NCBI GenBank assembly: GCA_051439505.1
Contig: JBFRWI010000200.1
Location: forward strand, 1-21,387
From: Hormoscilla sp.
Lineage (GTDB): Bacteria > Cyanobacteriota > Cyanobacteriia > Cyanobacteriales > Desertifilaceae
Reading direction: 5' to 3'
Length of the DNA stretch: 21,387 nt
The translations under genes and the position numbers were made by a program. The notes under the pieces are model-generated. The model saw nothing but the letters and a program-made list of their open reading frames with translations. It did not search any database and was not told where the DNA came from. Every line of letters begins with the position of its first letter. The stretch's first letter is position 1. Positions 8,152 through 15,816 of the stretch are shown piece by piece.

Positions 8152-8577
8152 ATGAACGCTCACACATTTGATAGTGATTATCCTCGTTGCCCGATTTGTC
8201 AGCGTCCCCTGGGAAGAAAACGGTTCGGCCTTGACAGCGGACTGTATATATGCTCTTATTGCCAGGAACGTTTGGTGGTAAGTCAGAGCGGTCACTATGT
8301 ACGAGACCCGTTTGCGATTGTCCAGCCTGCATCGGGTCGGCTGGGATTGGATATCGCTCACCGCAAGCTGCGCCGTCAGAGTCGGCCTATAGCTCGGATG
8401 ATGCGAGACTTGGGGGTTCGACAACGCTTGCCGCAAGCTGTTTATCCCACTTTATATATTATCGCTAGCGTGATGTTCTTGAGTTTTACCCTGGCAGCAG
8501 CCGAAGGGGTACCCTCCCAAGGACTCTCCAAACTGCTCGAAAGAGCGATCGATAGCATCTCCTCAATTAAGGAATAA
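8152..8577 (+). CDS. Hypothetical protein with CxxC...CxxC Zn ribbon and a C-terminal hydrophobic segment
   Basis: CPIC...CSYC, ERLVVSQSGHYVRDPF, LRRQSRPIAR, hydrophobic LYIIASVMFLSFTLAAA. Confidence 0.75.
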   Translation: MNAHTFDSDYPRCPICQRPLGRKRFGLDSGLYICSYCQERLVVSQSGHYVRDPFAIVQPASGRLGLDIAHRKLRRQSRPIARMMRDLGVRQRLPQAVYPTLYIIASVMFLSFTLAAAEGVPSQGLSKLLERAIDSISSIKE

Positions 8578-8579
8578 AC

Positions 8580-10238
8580 TCACTCGGTGGCATCCCGGGT
8601 AATTAATTGCCAACGTCGGCCCCTCTTGCCGAGAACCTTTCCCCCCGTGAGGTCCGGCTTTGGGGCATCTAAATCAATTAGTAAATAGGGTTGAGTGTTG
8701 CTGGCCTCCCAAAGCTGCTGGAGTCGATCGGGTTCTACGGGAATGACCTGGCGATCGCTATAAAAATCCAAGGAGGGACGTCCATAGTTATAGTTAGTGA
8801 AAATTGGCTGACCGTCGGGCGTCCATTTCCGGATCGTCTCGGCTACAGGTTTAACTGGATAGGCTTCGGCCAGTTCCCAGATCCAGTGACCGGAGAAGAA
8901 AAATAGCAGCAGTCCCACATAGCTACCCCAGAACAGGATTACCAAAAATAGTCGGGAAGCTTGTGCGACCTTGACAGCAGCAGCGGTCATAGTTAAGGCA
9001 ATTGCGGCCATAATTATAACTAAGTTCCAGTCAGTAGGGGTTTGATATCCGCCAAAATAAATCAGACTAGCCCAACCTACCAATGCTAACAGGACCAAAC
9101 TGGCAAGCAACTGGGGTTGCATGGTCCCTGTGGAACTGATTTTTCTGGGGAATTGGTGCCAATTAGGCAGATCGTGCCAAATTTCGGTGAGGATAGCACC
9201 GCTAGCAAGAGCAACAGCTGGGTAAAGGGGCAAGATGTACCAGGGGAGTTTGGTTGCCATTACCGAAATAGCGATTAGATAAACGCTACTCCAGACCAAT
9301 AGCAATTTGGCCCAGCTCATATTACGATGGGACCAAGCGAGGCGATAAGCCCTCGGCCAGAATATCGGCCAGGGCCAGGCATATTTCAACATTTCTAGTA
9401 AATAGTACCAAAAAGGTCCCGAGTGATTCTCTACGGGTTGCCAAATGCGACTGAAGGATTGTTCGATCATGCTGGTGCCGATCGCATGGCGGCCATCATC
9501 TTGTAAATAAAGGCCGATATACCAGAGAGTAACGGGCAGCAGGCCGAGAAAAATGCCAGTCCAAAGATATCCAGACTTCAGCAGTCGCGGTGTATCCCAG
9601 AAGAGAAACAGCAGGGCGATCGCCCCGAGTAATAATCCTAAGATACTCTTAGTCAGGCAAATCAGTCCCAAGGCTATGCCCACTCCCAGTCCGTAGCGCA
9701 AGTCGCGGCGTGCCCTCAAAGTAAAGAAGATTGCCAATAAGAAAAAGCAGAGTACCGGACCATCTAGCATTGCCAGACGTCCGTGCCGGACCACTGGCAA
9801 CAAGGTGAGATAAATTAAGCTGGAGAAAATTGCTGGCGTCCGCTTGGGAAAGATTTCTAGACCGATACAGTAGAGGACTGGTACGGTCAAGGCACTTAAC
9901 AATGCCGATGGCAACCGAGAGGTCCATTCATTCACGCCACCGAAAAGGTAGGCGCAAGCAACTAACCAATGGACTAAGGGGGGTTTATTCAGATAGGGTC
10001 GATCTGCGAGAGTGGGATAAAGCCAGCCCCGAGAGGCAAAAGGTTCTCTGCTGATGTTACGCGCAACTTGGGCAACTGTGCCTTCATCCCAATCCCGTAA
10101 GGGCAAATCCCCCAGATTAATGGTAAATAAAAGTAGGGCAGCTAGTAGTAACGCCAACAGAATTAACCTGTCAGTGCGGTTGTTAATGGGACGAGACCAA
10201 GTCAGTCGATCGGCACAGACGAAAATTTCACTATACAT
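8580..10238 (-). CDS. Glycosyltransferase family 39 / ArnT-like membrane glycosyltransferase
   Basis: LRDWDEG, YLNKPPL, RLAMLDG, TKLPWYILP motifs and many TM segments. Confidence 0.9.
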   Translation of the reverse strand: MYSEIFVCADRLTWSRPINNRTDRLILLALLLAALLLFTINLGDLPLRDWDEGTVAQVARNISREPFASRGWLYPTLADRPYLNKPPLVHWLVACAYLFGGVNEWTSRLPSALLSALTVPVLYCIGLEIFPKRTPAIFSSLIYLTLLPVVRHGRLAMLDGPVLCFFLLAIFFTLRARRDLRYGLGVGIALGLICLTKSILGLLLGAIALLFLFWDTPRLLKSGYLWTGIFLGLLPVTLWYIGLYLQDDGRHAIGTSMIEQSFSRIWQPVENHSGPFWYYLLEMLKYAWPWPIFWPRAYRLAWSHRNMSWAKLLLVWSSVYLIAISVMATKLPWYILPLYPAVALASGAILTEIWHDLPNWHQFPRKISSTGTMQPQLLASLVLLALVGWASLIYFGGYQTPTDWNLVIIMAAIALTMTAAAVKVAQASRLFLVILFWGSYVGLLLFFFSGHWIWELAEAYPVKPVAETIRKWTPDGQPIFTNYNYGRPSLDFYSDRQVIPVEPDRLQQLWEASNTQPYLLIDLDAPKPDLTGGKVLGKRGRRWQLITRDATE

Positions 10239-10336
10239 GGACAACTAGATTACCGGGTATGGGTCACGGGACATGCTCGAGTTATTGCCATGTCCTATAC
10301 TATACTTTAGCGAGCCAAAGGGCGATCTGGTAAGTA

Positions 10337-10361
10337 GTTCTCCGTTCTCCGTTCTCCGTTC
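10337..10361. repeat. Heptamer tandem (GTTCTCC)x3.5
   Basis: Read directly from the sequence. Confidence 0.8.
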
Positions 10362-10370
10362 GTAGTGCCA

Positions 10371-10394
10371 GTGGGGTGGGCACCGCCCACCATC
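10371..10394 (+). repeat. REP-like palindrome GT(A/G)GGGTGGGCACCGCCCACCATC
   Basis: 23/24 identical to 18377-18400. Stem GGTGGGC/GCCCACC after a GTAG-like tetramer. Confidence 0.85.
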
Positions 10395-10553
10395 TGCAGG
10401 TGTGACCAAAAACAAGCAACGGGCGCAAGACCACACAAGCGCAAAAATTGCTTTGGGGGAGGAGACCGTAATATAATAGTGCTGACTTAAGGGCCGCTGC
10501 TGCGGGGATTGCTCCTCCGTTGTCGGACTCTATATTATATGCGATCGTCCCTT

Positions 10554-10949
10554 ATGACGCCTGTATCGACTCAATACTCCAACCGGACTATCAAACGGGC
10601 CGAACGAGCCCTCAGCTGTTCGCCCTTTAATCTGTCTTTATTTGCTACCATGCGGATCGAGAGCGTCCCTCTCAGTAAGATAGCTACCCAAGAGGCGGTC
10701 CAACAGCAATGGACTAAGGGTGCTTTATCAGAATTAGCAGCAGAAAATGCCCTGCTGTGGCTGATAAAATTAGGGATCTTGCGGCGAGAGGTAGATGGTC
10801 AGGGAATTACAGATAGTTTTCGCCTCACTCCCTTGGGGCGTCAGTTGCTATCCAAATGGCAGCAGCAACCAACATCTGGTTTTCCGATTCCCTCTCTATG
10901 CGATCGCATCTCCAATGCCTGTAATCGCTGGTTGCGACTGCCGATATAA
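10554..10949 (+). CDS. Npun_F0494-like conserved cyanobacterial protein
   Basis: RAERALSCSPF, LLWLIKLGILRREVDGQGITDSFRLTPLGR. Lies directly upstream of cobQ. Start ATG 10554 (alternative 10539). Confidence 0.82.
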   Translation: MTPVSTQYSNRTIKRAERALSCSPFNLSLFATMRIESVPLSKIATQEAVQQQWTKGALSELAAENALLWLIKLGILRREVDGQGITDSFRLTPLGRQLLSKWQQQPTSGFPIPSLCDRISNACNRWLRLPI

Positions 10950-10971
10950 TTATGCGGGAAATGAAAATCCT

Positions 10972-12438
10972 ATGAAAGCGATCATGGTTGTGGGTACAAC
11001 CTCCCACGCGGGTAAATCTCTTCTGAGTGCGGCCATCTGTCGCATTCTCAGTCGCCAAGGTTGGCGGGTGACTCCTTTTAAGGGACAAAATATGGCCCTC
11101 AATTCCTATATCACTGTCAATGGTGGGGAAATGGGTTATGCTCAAGCGGTGCAAGCTTGGGCTGCTGGCGTTAACCCTCGGGTGGAAATGAACCCGATCT
11201 TGCTTAAGCCCCAAGGTGATATGACTTCCCAAGTGATCGTGAAGGGCACAGTGGTAGGGAAAACGGAGGCGGCTAACTATTATCGAGATTATTTTGACAT
11301 GGGCTGGCAGGCGATCGTCCAATCTCTGAAAGTATTGGACTCAGAGTTTGAATTGGTCGTCTGTGAAGGTGCTGGCAGTCCGGCGGAAATTAATCTCAAG
11401 CACCGAGATTTAACTAATATGCGGGTGGCCAAACATTTGAATGCCTCTACCCTGCTGGTGGTTGATATCGATCGGGGCGGGGCCTTTGCCCATGTGGTGG
11501 GAACCTTGGAGTTGCTGGAACCGGACGAGCGTGCTTTAATTAAAGGTGTGGCGATCAATAAGTTCCGAGGACAGAAATCTCTCCTGGATCCGGGGATTGA
11601 GTGGCTGGAAAGACGCACCGGTATCCCCGTGGTGGGGGTGATTCCTTGGCTGGAGGATGCATTTCCCGCCGAAGATTCCTTGAGTCTCTTGGAAAGGCGA
11701 TCGGGCCAGCAGACTGGGGAAATCAACATAGCAGTCCTGCATATCCCTCGGATATCTAATTTTACCGATTTTGACCCCCTAGAAGCAGAAGCAACAGTCA
11801 ACTTAAAATACATCAGCCCGAAGTCGGATTTGGGCTATCCAGATGCAGTGATTATTCCGGGTTCAAAAACAACGATTAGCGATCTACTCTACCTGCAAAA
11901 AACTGGTATGGCAGAGAAAATTAAAGACTATGTTGCCGGGGGCGGCACGATTTTCGGCATCTGCGGCGGTTTTCAAATGCTAGGCCAATACATAGCAGAT
12001 CCAGAAGGAATAGAGGGAATTGAAGGACGATTCCCAGCACTGGAATTGTTACCAGTCAGAACGGTGATTGCCGGACAGAAAATCACCCGTCAGCGATCGG
12101 TCACTGCTAATTTTCCCCAAGCTGGTTTGCCTATAGCTGGTTATGAAATCCATCACGGTCACACCAAGATATTGGAAGATGGTGGAGTTGAACCCCTGTT
12201 CGACGATCCTAACTTAGGCTTAGTTAATGAGAGTCAGTCAGTTTGGGGCACTTATCTCCACGGTCTTTTCGATAATAGTCCCTGGCGTCGCGCGTGGTTG
12301 AACCGCTTGCGCCAGCAACGGGGTCTGCTTTCTTTACCTACGGGCATTCCTAATTACCGGGAACAGCGAGAATTTACTTTGAACCAACTGGCCGATAAAA
12401 TTGAATCCTATTTAGATTTAAGACCATTTTTGAATTAG
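10972..12438 (+). CDS. cobQ: Cobyric acid synthase
   Basis: MKAIMVVGTTSHAGKS, FKGQNMALNS, EGAGSPAEINL, DIDRGG, ISNFTDFDPL, GICGGFQMLG, GYEIHHG, GTYLHG. Confidence 0.97.
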   Translation: MKAIMVVGTTSHAGKSLLSAAICRILSRQGWRVTPFKGQNMALNSYITVNGGEMGYAQAVQAWAAGVNPRVEMNPILLKPQGDMTSQVIVKGTVVGKTEAANYYRDYFDMGWQAIVQSLKVLDSEFELVVCEGAGSPAEINLKHRDLTNMRVAKHLNASTLLVVDIDRGGAFAHVVGTLELLEPDERALIKGVAINKFRGQKSLLDPGIEWLERRTGIPVVGVIPWLEDAFPAEDSLSLLERRSGQQTGEINIAVLHIPRISNFTDFDPLEAEATVNLKYISPKSDLGYPDAVIIPGSKTTISDLLYLQKTGMAEKIKDYVAGGGTIFGICGGFQMLGQYIADPEGIEGIEGRFPALELLPVRTVIAGQKITRQRSVTANFPQAGLPIAGYEIHHGHTKILEDGGVEPLFDDPNLGLVNESQSVWGTYLHGLFDNSPWRRAWLNRLRQQRGLLSLPTGIPNYREQREFTLNQLADKIESYLDLRPFLN

Positions 12439-12475
12439 TTAATTGTGAATGGAGATCAAGGAAAAAAGACAAGTA

Positions 12476-12709
12476 ATGAAGATTAAATTTTTGCCAGATG
12501 ATGTGGAGGTGGAAGCAACTCCTGGTGAACCGATGCTAGAAGTGGCCGATCGGGCGGGCGTTACTATTCCTACAGGTTGCTTGATGGGTTCCTGTCACGC
12601 CTGCGAGGTAGAGGTTGATGGCGAACTGACTATCTGTGCTTGCATTACGGCGGTTCCCCCGGGCAAGTCCCAGATGACGATTAATTTGTTTGTTGACCCC
12701 CTTTGGTGA
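12476..12709 (+). CDS. Small 2Fe-2S ferredoxin-like protein
   Basis: C-X4-C-X2-C (CLMGSCHAC) and distal CAC. Start ATG 12476 (alternative 12449). Confidence 0.88.
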   Translation: MKIKFLPDDVEVEATPGEPMLEVADRAGVTIPTGCLMGSCHACEVEVDGELTICACITAVPPGKSQMTINLFVDPLW

Positions 12710-12764
12710 TAAAATATAAGCATGTTAAGATGGTTTTATCTACGAACGGACGGGCAAACACTAA

Positions 12765-12906
12765 TATCATGTCGGGTTGAATACCCATAATCAAAATTGT
12801 CGCATCTGTAGGTTGGGTTTCGTGCCTCAACCCAACTTTGTTTCGCCTTCTAATCTAGTCGTGAAAGTCCGAGATTTTTATTGTGGGTGATTACCCAGAC
12901 ATGATA
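12765..12906. mobile_element. MITE 1 (TIR TATCATGTC.../...GACATGATA) carrying an internal GTAG REP at 12808-12836
   Basis: 9-bp perfect TIR that extends imperfectly (ACCCATAAT / ATTGTGGGT). TAA on both sides. Confidence 0.8.
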
Positions 12907-12909
12907 TAA

Positions 12910-13055
12910 TACCAATTTTATTTAATGATGATACAGTTAGTAACTTCGCTGTTATCCCGCAGGGGGTTCAAACCCCCTGCTAATAGCTGAAGTCGGTTAA
13001 AACCGACTAATAAAAAGGTTTTAAGTAATTGTAGCATTGTTTTTCCAAAATTGTA
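12910..13055. mobile_element. MITE 2 (TIR TACCAATTTT.../...AAAATTGTA) carrying an internal double-hairpin element at 12944-13012
   Basis: TIR with a one-base deletion. TAA on both sides. Removing MITEs 1 and 2 plus the duplicated TAAs restores the repeat seen at 13075-13110. Confidence 0.7.
12944..13012 (+). repeat. 69-bp double-hairpin element, copy 1
   Basis: 64/69 identical to the reverse complement of 20142-20210. Hairpins GCAGGGGGTT-CA-AACCCCCTGC and AGTCGGTT-AA-AACCGACT. Confidence 0.9.
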
Positions 13056-13074
13056 TAAAGTGTTTACTACGAAC

Positions 13075-13110
13075 GAACGGACGGGCAAACACTAAAGTGT
13101 TTACTACGAA
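13075..13110 (-). repeat. REP-like repeat GGCAAACACT(A/G)AAGTGTTTACTACGAA (GTAG plus palindrome on the - strand)
   Basis: Intact copy here. Interrupted copy at 12744-12764/13056-13074. Third copy at 13677-13704. Confidence 0.88.
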
Positions 13111-13125
13111 GGATGCTTAAGAACG

Positions 13126-13656
13126 ATGCTTAATCTTAGTTATCACCGTAAGATGCGCGTTTGGTTGGGAGAATTACCATCTCTAAAATATCCGGCGATC
13201 GACTCTTTAGAACGCACCATAAAAGCTAGAATATCGCAGATCGATAACCGCAAATCTGCTGCGGTTGAGATGTTGATACCCAAAGGCGGACGCGCTATTT
13301 ACGGACTACTAGGTGCGGAGTTTCAACCCTCACTTTCCCAGGAACTTTTAGTTAAGGTCGCTGTTTCGGAAACTGCTACGCAACAGCTTGACTGGTTGCT
13401 GGCTAGTCGCCTCGATCGCGCTTGCATGGGTTTACCTTCTGAATATTGTCCTAGCACACTTTCTGGAGCCTTAAGTGCAGCGGAAATTCTCGGTTCGGGA
13501 CTATTGCATATTAACTGTGCTGCTCACGGCGAAGTTAGCTCTTCCCCCAGAATTTTTAATCAACTTGCTAGCACGGTGGTCAAGCTGCTGGCTTCTAACA
13601 TTCAGTCAGTGCTGGACTCGGAACTTACTGCTATTGTAGAGACTAATTTCCGATAG
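13126..13656 (+). CDS. Hypothetical protein resembling a stand-alone EF-G domain IV (ribosomal S5 domain-2-like fold)
   Basis: Clean 176-aa ORF. Motifs GGRAIYG..EFQP, GLPSEY and HGEVSSS..F occur in the order found in EF-G domain IV. The fold call is by eye. Confidence 0.65.
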   Translation: MLNLSYHRKMRVWLGELPSLKYPAIDSLERTIKARISQIDNRKSAAVEMLIPKGGRAIYGLLGAEFQPSLSQELLVKVAVSETATQQLDWLLASRLDRACMGLPSEYCPSTLSGALSAAEILGSGLLHINCAAHGEVSSSPRIFNQLASTVVKLLASNIQSVLDSELTAIVETNFR

Positions 13657-13676
13657 GGAAAGATAAGGAATAACCA

Positions 13677-13704
13677 GGCAAACACTGAAGTGTTTACTAC
13701 GAAC
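13677..13704 (-). repeat. REP-like repeat, third copy
   Basis: GGCAAACACTGAAGTGTTTACTACGAAC. Confidence 0.88.
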
Positions 13705-13719
13705 AACGTTACTGACACG

Positions 13720-13882
13720 TGTCATTGCGAGGGGGGGAGCAAAAATGTAATGATAAGGAGCACTATTAGCAGCCCCCCCGAAGCAATCTCACAGACTTAT
13801 ACTGGGGCGAGGGGATTGCTTCGGGGGGGTTAACGGGCATTGAGTATAAGTTAATCGCGGAGTACCCCCCCTCGCAATGACA
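13720..13882. repeat. Cloverleaf palindromic element, copy B
   Basis: TGTCATTGCGA-G7, 35 nt, C7-GAAGCAATCTC, 21 nt, GGGATTGCTTC-G7, 35 nt, C7-TCGCAATGACA. Perfect 18-bp terminal inverted repeat. Confidence 0.92.
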
Positions 13883-13941
13883 ACCTATAGGTAAAACTTA
13901 CGAAGTATTGAGTGCTATTCTACCCTACATTTAGTTACCGC

Positions 13942-15225
13942 TTACTCTACTACTACTGCCATCGTGTATCTTTGGGCCGCCCCAGATTGATTTACTACTG
14001 TGATGTAGTAGTCCTCTGATGTCGGCAAGGTGCCCCTGAATGCACTCCCATCACCTTCGACTATCCTATCCCCTGATGCTGTCGAGATCCTTAATAGTAT
14101 CGGAGTTCCCGATCGCGAACTGACATTAATTGACATTAACTGACCCGCTGCTGCATTCAAGACGTAGCGACTTTCCTCTTGCGATGCTAAATTTCCCCAC
14201 AGGAGTTTGGCCCGACCACCCGTCCGAAACTCGATCCTTTCTACTGATGGTAATGATGGTGAGACAACTGCGATCGCCCCATTATTTCCAGACTCTGGTT
14301 GGATGGCGATCGTCCCTGTATCTTGACAACTCTCCAGAAAGGCACCTCTGGTACAAGCATGTTCTGCCATTGCCCTCGCTACCCCATTGAATACCGGGGC
14401 CGCCCACTGACGACCAGCGGCCACGGAACCCGCCCGATCGGCAATCTCGATCGCCTTGGCCACTTCAATAATAGCGATCTGGGGATTGTACTCTGCGGCA
14501 CGCTCGATCAGCGGATGCCAAGCTAGAGGAGAACCTTCCCGATCGCTTTTTCCTCCCCGCACTCTCGCCCCAATATTGGTCAGACCTTGCTGTCGGTAGA
14601 ATGGAGCTATGCGAGATTGAATCCGATTTTCCCACTGAAAATCCCGTCGATGCAGTCCCGTCACCAGCATTTGCGCCCCGGGACGGGGGTTCGCCGCACT
14701 GGCAATGTGAGCGTCAGCGGTGAGAATTACTGTTTGCACGTTACGATTGCCCTTATGTACCCCTGCAATAAAATGCTCTAGGGCCTGAAATCCTGCTAGG
14801 TTTTCTCCATACATTTGAATCGTCGGCGTTAACACGTAAAACCCCAAGGCTTGCAAACGCCGCTTCATCTCCTGGGTGGTAATTGTATTCCACTGCTTGC
14901 CAATATTAGCGCCATCCACGCTGGCCCCAGCTTGCATTTTGTTAGTGGTGTACTGCACTGGCAAGATGGCGATCGGTTTATCAGTATCGATCCGGATGGG
15001 CGCGACATCAGCGTGAGTCCAATTTCTCCCGGTGTAATTGTATCTCACTCGATAAATCCCCTGCCCCTCCTCATATTGGTAAAAACGACCGTCATTGACA
15101 ATGGAGACCGAGGCCAGTTTCACCCCTGTCTGGTAGGATGGAGACGGATTTTCCAATGCCCCGGCTGAGGTGGAGACTCCGAGGCAAGCTATGGTGGCAA
15201 CTGCCAGAGCAATTTTCTTGTTCAT
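13942..15225 (-). CDS. Secreted protein with a degenerate N-acetylmuramoyl-L-alanine amidase-like domain and a C-terminal PPC-like domain
   Basis: Sec signal MNKKIALAVATIACLGVSTSAGA. Amidase_3-like segments (RRLQALGFYVLT, ILTADAH, IAIIEV). PPC-like YVLNAAAGQLMSINV...LPTSEDYYITV...YTMAVVVE. Confidence 0.65.
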   Translation of the reverse strand: MNKKIALAVATIACLGVSTSAGALENPSPSYQTGVKLASVSIVNDGRFYQYEEGQGIYRVRYNYTGRNWTHADVAPIRIDTDKPIAILPVQYTTNKMQAGASVDGANIGKQWNTITTQEMKRRLQALGFYVLTPTIQMYGENLAGFQALEHFIAGVHKGNRNVQTVILTADAHIASAANPRPGAQMLVTGLHRRDFQWENRIQSRIAPFYRQQGLTNIGARVRGGKSDREGSPLAWHPLIERAAEYNPQIAIIEVAKAIEIADRAGSVAAGRQWAAPVFNGVARAMAEHACTRGAFLESCQDTGTIAIQPESGNNGAIAVVSPSLPSVERIEFRTGGRAKLLWGNLASQEESRYVLNAAAGQLMSINVSSRSGTPILLRISTASGDRIVEGDGSAFRGTLPTSEDYYITVVNQSGAAQRYTMAVVVE

Positions 15226-15439
15226 GAGTTCGTCTTCTGATCTTCTTGTGTCTTGTCTTAACGCTCAACCTAATTCTCACTCAGGATCGATTTACCAGAT
15301 CTTGAGACTGCATTCTACATTGTCTTGCGGCTGCGGATGCATCCGTTATATTTGTAGATGTCCCGGGGGACAATCTAGTTCCGCCTTTGCCCGTCAGTAC
15401 GGATTTCACCCTAATTTCATTCCGAACCCTAAAGGGCCC

Positions 15440-15471
15440 GGCTACACGAACAAAGCCCGCCTGCGCGGGCT
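15440..15471. repeat. Short palindromic dispersed-repeat-like sequence (GGCTACACGAACAA-AGCCCGC-CTGC-GCGGGCT)
   Basis: 7-bp perfect stem at 15454-15471. Resembles common cyanobacterial intergenic repeats, but occurs only once in this window. Confidence 0.5.
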
Positions 15472-15816
15472 AAATTACATACATTATCGTTGCACCCTGT
15501 ATATGTGCAGTTTATGAATTGGCACAATAAGAGCCAAAATTATCTTTAGTCTGGCTGCGGTCTCTCAGAATAATTGCTATTCTTGCTCTTAGTAACTGGT
15601 CCATTGGGACTTTTTCCCCTCAAACACTTACTCTCCGAGAGTAAATAATTTTATATCAAACTGAAGGAGTTAAATAATTGCTCGTGAGTATTCCTATTAA
15701 CCGAGCCCAGATGCGTTTATTAATGCCTTTGGTCTGCTGGCGATCGCCACCACCGGAATTACCATGTGGTTGCAGACTCGCCCTCGCAGAACCGGTTCTT
15801 AGAAATTACATCACTC

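Noticed and set aside
5528..12709. cbiB-Rrf2-cyAbrB and Npun_F0494-cobQ-ferredoxin clustering as a novel system; possible cobalamin riboswitch
   Set aside because: These look like ordinary cyanobacterial housekeeping neighbourhoods. No B12-box motif was recognised upstream of cbiB or cobQ.
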